DNA of 64,000 bases from Octopus bimaculoides. Taxonomy: Eukaryota. Position 1 is the stretch's first letter, and each line of letters opens with the position of its first letter. The notes beneath the pieces were generated by a model. That model searched no databases, was not told where the DNA came from, and saw only the letters and a program-made list of their open reading frames with translations. The stretch covers positions 171,649,379 to 171,713,378 of the forward strand of contig NC_068982.1 of assembly GCF_001194135.2 (NCBI RefSeq). Reading direction: 5' to 3'. Shown here piece by piece: positions 34,601 through 47,957 of this stretch. Both the position numbers and the translations under genes were made by a program.

Positions 34601-37600
34601 GCTACATTTGGTCGACAAGGAACAGCTGTACACACACCTTACACACTCAGGAATTCATCCACTCATTCTCCTTTTATTGTCCAGTAGTTGTTGCATTGAC
34701 GATTAGTATACAACTCAAAGACTGTTCAGATTGGCTTTATATCTTTGTCTCTATCCCTCAGAACAACATATCCTGTCAGTTGATGTGGAAACTACCGGAA
34801 TTGTTCAGTATAGTACCACAAATATCAGTACTAACACTGACACTGCGAAAGTACTATGAGATATGATTATACTGAATGTAGACAACACAGATACCATAAC
34901 TTCTGAAGTCTACAGAAGTATTCTTTTGTCATTTTTGCTTTACTAATGGCACTAATGTATCCATCCTTCTCCTCTATACCAAAATATTAGTAGCATTTAT
35001 ATCTGTATGCTTTAGGCGTGTATATAATTCTGTATGAGAATGGTAATTCAGGTTATTGCATCGGAACGTTATATACAGCAAAGTGATTTAGACTATTTGA
35101 GTGCCAAATAACGTGTCCCTGAGCTAAATGAAGTGTTTGTGCCATGATACGAACCTCTCGTCTTTTCACTAGTTAGTCTGACATGCTATCGATTGGCCAT
35201 CTGCAGTTCACCTGACTCTGTATATTTATGTACAAATGAAAATGTCCACTAATCGCACTTTCTTTATTCACATCCAAACACACTCACACGCACACATTCA
35301 CACACACACACACATGCATATTTATGAATGTGCGTGTGTGTACGTTGTATGCTTTACGTGTACGCTTGTTAAGTGGGAGTGAAGGCGAGAAAATTTTACG
35401 TAATTTTGTCAGACGTTTGAAAATAATACAAAAGGTCTTCTTAAGCAGCGTCCCGTCACTGTGCATAAACAGCAGGTATACGCGGTCAAAATTAGTCTGA
35501 TAGCTTGTGGTTTATTGATGTCGGACTCTTTTGTGTAGTAAGTTACTGCCCTGCGTGTCGTCACTATATATGTCAGCTATACAGAGCTACTATATCAGGT
35601 TAGACTGCACAGTCGTATTCATAAACGTCGCTTACACAATAGAATGAAATATATTTTTAGCTTCCTGTGATCTTAAGCTCATACTAAAGTTGTAAATCTC
35701 CTTTAAAGAACTTGTGAGTCAGACAGAAACACATGTTTTCAGTAGTTAATTATTTAGAAAAGAAGGGGAAAACTATTGTGTGTATTTTATTTACTCTTAT
35801 TTCCATTCTATTTTGTCTTAATCTTTTCAAAGCTAATAAGAAAACTCTACAGTGAAGAGTTATTAGCTTCTCGTAGTAAGTCAGTCATCTTGCAGTTAAA
35901 GCCTTTCTTTCAAAAATATATCTTAATTTATAATACTTTTGTTGCTTTTTTTCTTCTTGCCTTTTTGCTACAGTTTTCTGAAAATTCTCGATAGCTTGCG
36001 CAACAGGAGCCAATGAACAAATTCCAATGTATATTTCTCGACTTTTTAATACTTGTAACAAGTGATTATTCCCTCGAATCAACATCTTTATTGTTTTAGT
36101 GGCTGCAATTGGATATCACAAGTTACAAAACGGAGGACAACGAGTAACAATGAGGTGAACTCTTACGGAAGTCGTTTCTTCGGCTGCAAGATAAAACCAA
36201 TATAATTTGTTACATAACTTTATGTCCGTTCTAAGTTCTAATCGTTTCAACACCATTGGTAATGGAAATGAGAGAGCCAACATCTTGGTATGTTTGCATC
36301 TTATTTAAGAAAACTGATACAGAGCCAACTCCAGCACTTTATCTCTGCTAGAAATAACTGCTAAATCGCAAACAAAAAGCCGTAGTCTCTTAAAATAAAA
36401 TAGTGTTTTAGACAATGTAGTAAAAAATACCTTATAGCAGGGTGAAGAGTAGATGATTAGGGCTGAAATGCTTCAGATCGTATGACTAACTCAGTCAGAG
36501 GTGACTTAGGGGAACACAAGTAAAACAAGATGAAAATATTTCCAATTTTCCTGCATGTTATATGGATGCTTCAGATATTTAGTGATACCCAAGATGCATT
36601 ATGGAAAAATTTTCCTCCTCCGAAGTTCCTTTGAAATTTTAAAGATGTAATGATTAGAACCAGCTTTCATAGATTTACATAGGTCATAGATTAATTTTTT
36701 TCCCCAAAAAAATATCAAAATGACTCGGAATAGATTGCCTTTGACTCATTTCAAATGGCTTGTTTGACCTGAAATTTAAGTGTATTGCTAAAAATTAGAA
36801 GAAACACGTATGATGAATTGAATAATCGCTTCCTCCTTTTCCCTTTTTATGGCATTTAAGCAGGATTTTTCCTTAAACAAACTTCCGGCACAGAAAGCCG
36901 GTCAAAAATGGATGTGTGTAGTATCAAGCTGATCAAAACACTCCGGGAAAAGTTTAGGGTTTATCGAAACAGTGTTTATGAAGAGAGCATATTTTATAAG
37001 CTATGTCCAATAGCTCTGAGGAAAATTAAATCTAACATCTAGGATTTTAACCTTCATACGTGCATGAAGAAAAGAGATAAACGTAGCATTGAGAATGTTG
37101 GATATAGGTAAATAAGTTAACGATAAAGTCCATCAGTAGTTCTTTGGCTTCTCGATGCAGCAACTGGCACAATACATTCTTTATTACAAGTATATTCCAT
37201 GCATTGGTTATATTGTAATAATTATGTTCCTTTCATTGACTATGTTGTGAAACATCCTCTGATTTGCAAACCCAAACTTCTGTAATCAACCAGTTTTCAA
37301 GTTCTTTAATAACGGAATCAGCTTCATGCAGGTATCGGTTCTTTTCATGCAATGAAGTTCCACTCCACTGTGAAAATTTTAATGCTTTCTATCACTTTTC
37401 ATCACTTATTGTCTCTTTCTCCCATGTTCTTTTCTTCCACCGATCCTTCTTTTATCTTTTATATTCTGTAATACGGCACATGCGAAATGTCTATATTGCA
37501 TAAATCTAAATCAAAGAATAGGTAACTCAGGGCTACCAGCGCTAAGAAAATTTAAATAGAACTGGTGTCGTGTGCTTCAACCTGTGTGTCACCTAGAACA

Positions 37601-37765
37601 ATCTTCACGGCAAGCGTACTACATTTATTATCACAAAATAAGGCACCGCTCCTAACCAATGAGTGTATGTGTGTGTATTTTGTGTTTGTGTGTGTGCGTT
37701 TGTGTGTGCGTGTGTGTGTGTGTGAGTGTGTAATGAAATTAATCAAAACCTACACAAAATGTGTT

Positions 37766-37809
37766 TGCCTACTAAGCAGTCGATCCGGGTTCGACTCCCG
37801 GCTGACGCA
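37766..37809 (+). pseudogene. 3' half of a tRNA-Gly(TCC)-like sequence (pseudogene fragment or SINE head)
   Basis: TGCCTACTAAGCAGTCGATCCGGGTTCGACTCCCGGCTGACGCA resembles the recalled eukaryotic tRNA-Gly(TCC) 3' half (TGCCTTCCAAGCAGTTGACCCGGGTTCGATTCCCGGCCAACGCA). The T-arm CCGGG/CCCGG is intact. The D-arm and 5' acceptor strand are absent. Confidence 0.6.
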
Positions 37810-38646
37810 GGCGATAGGTTTTTATTGGCAGTGCCCCAACATGCCGCAGCTCATGAGCAGAAACTAGTTCAATTCAATTTAATTCATTTCACTCATTTTC
37901 GATAATAAAACTTTATATTGCAGATATTTCGGCGTTTAACGTCCTAGACAGCAAAATTACAAACACTTCACAGCCTTTAGATTTCGCTCAGTACGGCCAT
38001 CTTAGCTTTCTTTCTTAATCCAAACTATTGCGAAAAAAACTATTCCCCAAACGATTTTCAAGGCAAATACGGAGTCAACAGCGTAAGAATTACTTTTACC
38101 TAAAAGGATAATCTCGCCTCCATTCAAATAAGGGAATGAAAAACAGTATTATTGATCTTAGTTTCATCAGTTTTTCCGTTGCAGTATTGTCTATGTCTGG
38201 GTAAACAGATGTCTGTATGCAATCAAGAATTACTATTTTCTGCTAGAAGTACTATTTATAAGATATAGATTAACTAATAGAGCTATGCTACATACGTAGA
38301 TTTGAATCAATTACTTGTCATAATGAATTGTTTTTATAGCTGATTTTTCAGCATAAAACAGCTGTCACATAGCATGGTGAAATAAAGGAACTTCGCTTGC
38401 TGGGTTTCGCTCTGTTGTTTTAAGACCTTCGATTGGTATCTAAAATTTTCTTCTTTTTGGAAACTTTCAAGAGAACAAAAATCTCTAAATGAATGTTTCT
38501 TTTCGGGCAAAATTTGTGCTGGTTGCGCACCACGTAATTTTCCAATGGGTATATCTCTATATGTGAGTGTATGTATGTATGTATACGCACTCACACATAC
38601 CACACACACACCACACACACATTCACACATATGTATCTCTCTCACT

Positions 38647-38689
<43 letters not shown>

Positions 38690-39065
38690 NNNNNNNNNNN
38701 NNNNNNNNNNNNNNNNNNNNNNNNNNNNNNNNNNNNNNNNNNNNNNNNNNNNNNNNNNNNNNNNNNNNNNNNNNNNNNNNNNNNNNNNNNNNNNNNNNNN
38801 NNNNNNNNNNNNNNNNNNNNNNNNNNNNNNNNNNNNNNNNNNNNNNNNNNNNNNNNNNNNNNNNNNNNNNNNNNNNNNNNNNNNNNNNNNNNNNNNNNNN
38901 NNNNNNNNNNNNNNNNNNNNNNNNNNNNNNNNNNNNNNNNNNNNNNNNNNNNNNNNNNNNNNNNNNNNNNNNNNNNNNNNNNNNNNNNNNNNNNNNNNNN
39001 NNNNNNNNNNNNNNNNNNNNNNNNNNNNNNNNNNNNNNNNNNNNNNNNNNNNNNNNNNNNNNNNN

Positions 39066-39116
<51 letters not shown>

Positions 39117-39783
39117 GTGTGTGTGTGTGCTTTTATACTGCTCTCAATAAGACTCGGAATCTAACTGGTCCCATTTCATCCTCCATTTTCACTCTACTCA
39201 ATATCTCCAATGTTATGTATAATTCCTTCGTAATCCTGCAACTTAAGATGCATGCTCCAAGTATTCAACATGTCAGGTATATCATGTCACGGTATCTAGC
39301 TTGTCTTTGCCATTCTGATCCATCCATCTGCTCCGAATGTGTGTTTTCTAATGTACCTATCACTGCTCTGACTTTCAGAGTTGTCACTGTCATCTTATGA
39401 ACATTATTATTAAGGTCTACTGAATTTCATAAGATCTTCCGATTTTTACCTTAAACTTCTCCATCAGCGCTTAGCTAGAGTGTTGCAGTTGTACTTTGTA
39501 ATTCAATTCTTGTAGATCATAGAGTGAGATGGAACCACTCTTGTAGGTACCTACCAGAGTTTGTTTTTTTTTTTGCCCAGTTTATTAATAGCACTTCATG
39601 CAGTTTGAGTGGCCATAATAAACACAGAAAAAAGCCATAGTGATAATATCGCATCCTAACCTTCCCTTTCGAAACACAGTAAATAGAATTTAGTTCTTAT
39701 TTCAATTCGGCATCAATAACAACAGTCCTCTTGGTATATCATTTAAGTATACAGCTTGGATTTGACCAGGATTCTTAAAGAGT

Positions 39784-40113
39784 AAAATGTCCCCCCTTCG
39801 GACATGAATGACCATGGGATTGCACCTAGAAAGTTACCCTCCAAAGCACACATCCGGGCATGGTTGTTTATGATGAAAGACCAGTAGTTGCCCATGTATA
39901 CCAGCCTCCCCTTTCCCCACCACCGATGTTATCCAAGGAAAAGGGAAAGGCCGATACAGCTTGGCACCAGTGACGTAGTAATTACAGCTGAGTGAACTGG
40001 AGCAACGTGAAATAAAATGCCTTGCTCAAGAATACAACACAGAGTCCGGTCCAAGAATCGAACTGACTACCTCATGATTGTGAGCTTGACGCTCTCACCA
40101 CTGAGTCATGCAC
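39784..40113 (-). mobile_element. Family C SINE
   Basis: Aligns with 22317-22649. Confidence 0.85.
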
Positions 40114-40653
40114 CTACTCTCTTTATCGCCTTCTTAACACTTAGAAGCAGTTCCTCTCAAATTTCAAAGCAAAATTCAGAATCCTGATGTTATATCAGAG
40201 TCAGAGAGCGAAATTTTATACCATTTATATTCAATAACATTGCTGGAATATTTCATCCAGCCGCAATAAAAATGTTGTTATTTCTCCCTCGTTTCCACTT
40301 TAATCATAATCTCATCAATAAAATAGCTGCTTGCTAAAACAATTCTTTGACGTAAGATTGAGGGAGGACTTGTCATTTGGTGAGGGATCAATGAAGCGTA
40401 AATTACATTAGGGTAATCACTTTTATTTTTCTAAGTAGGGAAGAGAGACGCACATGAACCTAGGTAGTGTAATTTTATTTTATCTAAACATTATACTGAG
40501 CTCCCGAGAGTGCACATCAACTGACCAGGTAGTGGGTATATGACTATAAGTTAAACAACCGCGAAGAATAGACCTGAAATACACCCCATACAGAAAATTT
40601 AAAGGAATATTTATATATCTTTACATATTACATGTATAAGTATGGTTTATTAA

Positions 40654-40716
<63 letters not shown>

Positions 40717-41036
40717 GCACGTTCTTTCTACAGCAATTTTTCATGAGTAAATTGATATTCTAAATTCTGTTTTTTGAGATATTATTTTTATTCCATTAAC
40801 ATTATTCTTTCTACAATATATTATACTCGATTAGATACTTATACACATATATCATAAAAAACGTACATAAAAACATCCGTACTCCCGTGCATATACACGC
40901 AAATACACACATATGTATATATTTAAGTTAATGTGAGGATATATTAACCTCTTGAAGGGATGACTACTTTCAAGATTACACTGCTTTTATACGTTATAAA
41001 TAGGTATATATTAAGTATATAATCCATATTCAATTG

Positions 41037-42035
41037 AAGAAAATGGAGAGTTAACGATTAATAATTAATTTATAAACATATTGATAATCATTCCTACAAT
41101 TGTTTCAATTCATACTCAATTAATAAATTACAAATTTATGTAATAAATTTACATTTATAAATTGTGAACAAAATATCATCAGGGAAATGTAAGACATTAA
41201 AGAATTAATTACATGNNNNNNNNNNNNNNNNNNNNNNNNNNNNNNNNNNNNNNNNNNNNNNNNNNNNNNNNNNNNNNNNNNNNNNNNNNNNNNNNNNNNN
41301 NNNNNNNNNNNNNNNNNNNNNNNNNNNNNNNNNNNNNNNNNNNNNNNNNNNNNNNNNNNNNNNNNNNNNNNNNNNNNNNNNNNNNNNNNNNNNNNNNNNN
41401 NNNNNNNNNNNNNNNNNNNNNNNNNNNNNNNNNNNNNNNNNNNNNNNNNNNNNNNNNNNNNNNNNNNNNNNNNNNNNNNNNNNNNNNNNNNNNNNNNNNN
41501 NNNNNNNNNNNNNNNNNNNNNNNNNNNNNNNNNNNNNNNNNNNNNNNNNNNNNNNNNNNNNNNNNNNNNNNNNNNNNNNNNNNNNNNNNNNNNNNNNNNN
41601 NNNNNNNNNNNNNNNNNNNNNNNNNNNNNNNNNNNNNNNNNNNNNNNNNNNNNNNNNNNNNNNNNNNNNNNNNNNNNNNNNNNNNNNNNNNNNNNNNNNN
41701 NNNNNNNNNNNNNNNNNNNNNNNNNNNNNNNNNNNNNNNNNNNNNNNNNNNNNNNNNNNNNNNNNNNNNNNNNNNTATATATGCGACTGGTTTCTTTCAG
41801 TTTCTCTCTTCCAAATCCACTCACATGACTTTGGTAGGCCCGAGACTATTGTAGAGGACATTTGCTCAAGGTGCCACGCAGTGGGAGTGGACCCGGAACC
41901 ATGTGCTTAGGAAGTAAGCTTCTTACCACACACCCACCCCTCCGCCTATTGAGTATAAAAAATTGAAACAATTGTAGGAATGATTAACAATATGTTAATA
42001 AATTAACTATTAACCATTAACTCTCCAGTTTCTTC
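41037..42035. repeat. ~85-bp diverged inverted repeat (arms 41037-41120 and 41948-42035) enclosing a gap and a family B SINE
   Basis: GAAGAAAATGGAGAGTTAA...CATTCCTACAATTGTTTCAATT..ATACTCAAT, and its reverse complement at 41948-42035. Confidence 0.8.
41776..41946 (-). mobile_element. Family B SINE, 5' half
   Basis: TTCTTTCAGTTTC...GGTGCCACGCAGTGGGA...AAGCTTCTTACCACAC. Confidence 0.85.
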
Positions 42036-42619
42036 TCTTAACTATATATATAATATATATACATATTCACATATGTAAGATGAAAGAGTGAACATGGTTC
42101 AGCGAGAGAAAAGGCGAACGTTGAAATGTAATGGACCATTATTATGAAATATGTCCGTATTTGATAATGCGGTCACAGCTGTTTCTTCTAACCAGTTCTT
42201 CTTCTAGTCTTAGATTCTGCTGTATTTTCTACGTTTTCCCAATTAAAGTTGTTTTTTTCTTTCACTTCATTTATTAGTCTTTTCGTCTTTCGCTTTGCTT
42301 GCTAATTATCATATTTCTGTCGATGAAAATGTTCGGCAGGGTGTCTGCCTTTACATCTGCCTCATATTTCTTAACAGTTCGTACTTTAATAACGTCGTGG
42401 TATAATGTCAGTTACTGACCATTAACATTGCACTTTTCCGAAATGGATAGCACATGCCATTTATTTTGACGAGTTATCCCATTTAGCTATTTCGAAACAT
42501 TGAATCAGCGTTCAAATTATTCTACCTTTGATTCTGCAAATTTACAAATCATAGAAAACCATACCAAATCTGAATAAGATCTCACTAGATACCCAAGAAG
42601 TTTAATTTCCACGGTAGAC

Positions 42620-43000
42620 TATTGCGCATGGTTATGTGACTAAGAAATTCGTTTTGCAAGCACATGGTTTTGGGTTCAGTACCAGGGCGCGGTCCCTTGG
42701 GCAAGTGATCTCTACAATTACCCTGGGCTAACCAAATCTTTGCGGGTGAATTTGGTAATGGAAAACTCCATGGAAGCTCGTTAAATGTATATATTTAACG
42801 TGTGTGTGTCGGGGTGGGGCGAGTGTGTATATGATTGTGTGGGGGTGGGGTGTTTACATCTGTGGTTTTTATCCCTGAGGCTTAACAACTGATGTTGATT
42901 TGTTCACGTCCTGTAACACAGCATTACAGCTATACAGACAGATAGTATGAATTCCAGGCTTGAAAAATAAGTATTGGAGGCGATTTGTTCAATGAAAACC
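42620..43000 (+). mobile_element. Old, diverged family B-like SINE
   Basis: GCGCATGGTTATGTGACTAAGAAATTCG...GGGTTCAGTACCA...CCCTTGGGCAAGTG... Confidence 0.65.
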
Positions 43001-45584
43001 CCTTCAAATATATAACATTCTACATTCATACAGTCTACCTATATTCTTTAAGCAATGTTCTTTTTCTATGCAGATTATATATTATTGCTCTTTCCAGTTT
43101 TCTTGAACTTAAACTACATCCGTTAGCACGTAATGTTAACCTAGTTTTTTGATGAGCTCGCGAGCTACATTGGCAGTCGTAATGTTTTTAGCAGAGTGAA
43201 CTCGAAATCTTATCGATGTAATATTATTTCTCTGACTGGATAAGAACAATACCAGCGAATGTGCGCAGCGTAGCTATGTAAAGAGTTAACATAAAGATTT
43301 CTAGTTGGGAAGTAGTATGAGATCTGTTGCAATATTTCTTTATCATGGCTACATACTTTCTGTATTGTGTTAGCATCTCCACCAGAAGAAAAAACAGACA
43401 CAATCATTAGCTATATCAAAATAAATTGCAGAAAAGTTTGATTCGATAACTATGCATCATGTATTTTCGTTTAGCTATCCTGTCACTTGTACCTATCGTT
43501 TTACGCATCAAATTCTTCATCAGGAATTATAACATATATACGTATACACACAAACTAAATTAGAGGACGAGCTAATATCATTTCTAAATTAATAAAAGGA
43601 ATAAATTATAATTCATTACATGAACTATATAGATTCTATTACATAACGTTTCATAAGATATACGATTATGAGACAAATGAGATTTTCAATGTTCATGGTT
43701 TTTCCCAAGGATGCTAGCAGTTTTGGATAGACAGACTAGAGAATCAAACTTACGTCACATGCTTTATTCACCAGGATTTTGGCCCCTACAGATCTATCTG
43801 TTTCCACAACTAGATCAAAATTTTTTAAGCTGATAAGCTTGTGAATGAGAAAGAGTTAGCGAAACAGAAAGAAAGAAAATAAGAAAATCGAAAGTGTCTG
43901 AGAAATATGCTAGAATAGGTAACTAGCATCTTAACCTACTCACCCAATTATATAAAGATCAACAGCTGTGCCTTTGAGCAAATTGTTTTATTTAATACTT
44001 TGCTATGTCTGTCAATCTATCATAAAACGAAAAGTGATTATGTTGGAACAAGCTGCGAAATGGTTTGAAATGTTGAACGTGAGGCTATATCACGAATACT
44101 TGCCACATCAGGTCACGAGATCGTGTTGTTTATTGCCAAGTATACTTGGACACGACATTTAACTATATAAGCTCTTTGATTTTTTTCACTATACCACAGT
44201 TCTCCAGCAGTCAAACTGTTTACGTAGAAACTCTGATTAAACAGGTAGATTACTTAAGAGTTTGAACCTCTATGCAAGTTGCTTGAGTTTGAACCTCAAT
44301 GCAAGTTGCTTGGAGTGCAGTAACACAACATTGCAAGATCATTATTATGGAATGCATTAAGTCTGGACTCTAATGTTTAGCATCTTAGCAAATGCAGTAA
44401 AATGTGTACCATATTTCGTGTAGAGTGTTACGTTCTAGGCTGAATCATGTCACATGGTTTGTCATATGAATCTCTAGATACTCTATGTGACGTCAAATTC
44501 AGTTTGATAATTAAAACACATTTCCGATGTAGATTAACAATCGATAAAACTTCAAATACCAGTTAAGGACCAAATTTTGAAATCTTAGACTTTACCATCA
44601 AAACCACAGTTTTGTGTGCTCCGGAAAGATTTTAACAATAAATGATAAATATTATCGTATTGCTCCTTTACCTTACTGCAGATGTGCAGATTGTTTTCGA
44701 CGAAGAGAATGCGACAAATGTAACCCGAACTTTCATTTGTCTTGTTTTATCTACATTCTTGAACCCTTTAACTAGATATCCAAAACCTGAAAGTACATTC
44801 TTGTTACGTGATTATATATCACTCCAACAAGAATGTCAAAGTACCATATTACTGTCTGAGAGTTAATGGTTCGTATACTTAACTTCTCTGTCGAGTGTAG
44901 GTAGCCGCATTACTTAACTTTCACATGGTCCAATTCATCCAGTTATTAACAGGTGTTGTAAGGTATAAGCATTTAATCGCTGTACGCAAATTGACAAAAG
45001 TTTTATCTAAGCAAATATTTTATCCGTAAATAATTTGTTTGCTGAAGTTACAAACAAGAGCCACGAATTCTTGTCAGATTCATTTTCTCGCTGTTCACAG
45101 TGCATATGAAAATTTATTATCATTTAAAATGATTTGAAAAATAATGTTATTTAGCCTTGGTACTTTCAGGAAAAGAAGCTCTTCATTATAGCATAGTTTA
45201 AAAGCGTTGCGAAGGGTCGTGATGCGTATATGGACGGTGTATACAAATGCATAATCTGCAATGAGTGAATAAACCCGCAAGCAATTAGGACATTGGTTGC
45301 TGCCGTTTTGATTGCATAGTCTAAGTCAATGCTGTTCAAGCAATTTTATGATCAAGCGCATTCAAGTTTTGAACCTAGCAACACTTTCTATTTTCTTTCT
45401 TTCTTTCTTTTCTTTTTTTTTTTTTTGTAGTATGCCATAAGTAACGCTCCTCTTGTCTTAATGTGGTACGTGTGATTTTGTGGAGATTTCCCGTCTAAAT
45501 GCAGTGGGACTACGGATACGAATGAAGAGTAACAAAGGATCTCAGCGGACGGCAGTAATTTTAGTTCAATAGCACTAAGAAACA

Positions 45585-45780
45585 AAGCGGCGAGCTGACA
45601 GAATCGTTAGCACGCCGGGCAAAATGCTTAGTGACATTTCGTCCGTCGCTAAGTCCTGGGTTCAAATTCCACCGTTGTCGACTTAGCCTTTCATTATCTC
45701 GAAGCTCGATAGAATAACCAATCGAGCGCCGGAGGCGATGCAATCGACCTAAATTGTTGGCCTTGTGCCAAAATTTGAAA
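45585..45780 (+). mobile_element. Family A SINE
   Basis: GCGGCGAGCTGACAGAATCGTTAGCACGCCGGGCAAAATGCTTAG...GGGTTCAAATTCCACC. Confidence 0.85.
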
Positions 45781-46024
45781 CCATCATCACTATTATCGTC
45801 ATCGTCATTACCAACAGCAGCAGTATCACTATCATCATGTACTTCTATTATCTACAAAAAAGGCATTAACTTAGAAGAAAGGTTTAAAAAATGCTTCTTG
45901 AAATCAGGAAATGTTTTTTTTTCTTTCTTACGAGTTCTGTTGCTTAGATTCCACTTTCAGATATTCTTTTATTCTTTTATTCTTTTACTTGTTTCAGTCA
46001 TTTGTCTTTAGTCAAACAAATGGA

Positions 46025-46297
46025 ACCCAGGACTTATTCTATCGTTGTCTTTTGCCGAACCGCTAGTTACGGGGACGTAAACACACCAACATCGGTTGGC
46101 AAGCGATGGTGAGGACAAACACAAACACACACACAAATACACATGCACATGTATACATATATATATACGACGAACTTCTTTCAGTTTCCGTCTTACAAGG
46201 CTTTGGTCGGCCCGAAGCTATAACAAAAGGCACTTGCCCAAGGTGCCACACAGTGGGACTGAACCCGAAGCCATGTGGTTGGGAAGCAAGCTTCTTA
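46025..46297 (-). mobile_element. Family B SINE lacking its first ~17 nt
   Basis: Matches family B up to GGGAAGCAAGCTTCTT (46281-46296), then switches to unrelated sequence. Confidence 0.8.
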
Positions 46298-47064
46298 TAT
46301 GTAAATAAGATTCTCCCCTACAGTGGATAACAGTCGCTGACAAAATGACCCTCAGGTAAATTGCGTTTAAGATTTCAATTCTTCATCGATAAATGTATAA
46401 CAATGTCTGACAATCATTCGAAATATCCTACTTATCTATCTATCTATCTATCTATCTAGCTGTCTGTTGGTCTATTTTCCTATCCAACCATCCGTCTATC
46501 TAAGTAGCTAGTTATGTATTTTGCTTGTCACTGTTTTATCTCTCGTTCATCCTATATCAGTCTCCATCAAAGATTCAAACACAAATACATACATTGTGCA
46601 CATACCGAGACTCCATGAACATAGTCTTTCTTTTCTCTTTCTTCCCCTCATTTTATCTTCCTTCAAATTTCTCAATTTCTTTGTCTCTCACCCTCTTACT
46701 CTCTCTCTCGTTTTCTCAAAGAGAGAGAGAGAGGAGAGAGAGAATTGTCCGCTATGTTCGAACGTCAATCAACTTATTTATCTATCCATCACTCCATCTC
46801 TTAACTTTCTATCTAACAATCTCTTTATATATGCTTTACTTCCTTTTGGTTTCAACTACATACACACATGCACACGCACACACACACATACACACACACA
46901 AACACACACACACATACACATACATGCATATACCACTCTCACACACTCGCATATTGCACCCACATTCTAAGAATACAGCACAGTCNNNNNNNNNNNNNNN
47001 NNNNNNNNNNNNNNNNNNNNNNNNNNNNNNNNNNNNNNNNNNNNNNNNNNNNNNNNNNNNNNNN

Positions 47065-47141
<77 letters not shown>

Positions 47142-47535
47142 GTGTGTCTTTATATGTGTGTCTGTTATAGCATGTTTCCTTCCTTTGTATCTCCTTTCTT
47201 ACAACGATTTCGCTCTTACTTTCTTACCTCTCGCTTCTGTTCTTCTCCCTAACTGTCTTTTTCTCTATATCTTATTATCCCTTCTATCCACCTCTCCTTC
47301 CTCCCCATCACTCGTTTCTTCGTTTCCTGCATTTTCTTACCTCCTTCTCTATCTCCACTTTCTTCTCTTCTCCTTCATTCTCTTCCCTTCTTTATGCCCT
47401 AATCAGTAAGAATCTTCTCTTTCTCTTCACATCGTTCCATCGAAACACACTCAATTACACAGCAGAGTGGTTAATAATGATTACTGCAACAAGACCGCCT
47501 ACTCAGCTACCCCATAAACTTCTCTCCTGCTCTCA

Positions 47536-47569
<34 letters not shown>

Positions 47570-47911
47570 GTTTCTCTCTTTCTCACTCTCTCTCTCTCAC
47601 TTTCTCCCTCTCTCTTTCTCTCTCTCCATTTTTCTCGTTTTTCTTCACTCTCTCTTTCTCTTTGACTCACTCTCCTTCTCTCTCTCTCTCTCGCTCTGTG
47701 TCTCTTTCGTTTTCTCTCTCCTTCTCCCTCTCTCCCTTTTTTGTGTTTTTCTTCTCTTCTCTCTTTGAATTTCCTCTGTCTCTCTTTGCGTGACTTTCCT
47801 TTTCTCTTTCTTTCTTTCTCTATCTCTCACTCACTCTCTCACTTTCTGTGTCTCTCTCCTTCTCTCTCTCTTTGACTCTCTGTCCTTCTCTGTCTCTCCT
47901 TGCGTCACTTT

Positions 47912-47957
<46 letters not shown>
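47065..47957. repeat. CT-rich low-complexity tract with (CT)n microsatellites
   Basis: Direct reading of the sequence. Confidence 0.9.

Noticed and set aside
36100-36154. Candidate 55-nt plus-strand exon (AAIGYHKLQNGGQRVTM)
   Set aside because: The acceptor is plausible but the donor (GTGAAC) is weak, two frames are open, and no product or partner exon was recognised.
39170-39400. Possible RLE C-terminus on the minus strand (VRAVIGTL...ILGACILS)
   Set aside because: The similarity is limited to two short hydrophobic words and cannot be supported.
42165-42215. GAAACAGCTGTG on the minus strand, resembling hammerhead stem III
   Set aside because: There is no intact CUGANGA core or stem II upstream.
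44258-44311. 27-bp direct duplication, plus similar small ones at 25121-25176, 19913-19947, 27885-27915 and the 9-mer triplet at 49033-49059
   Set aside because: These are ordinary slippage duplications with only two or three units and no unique spacers, so they are not CRISPR-like.
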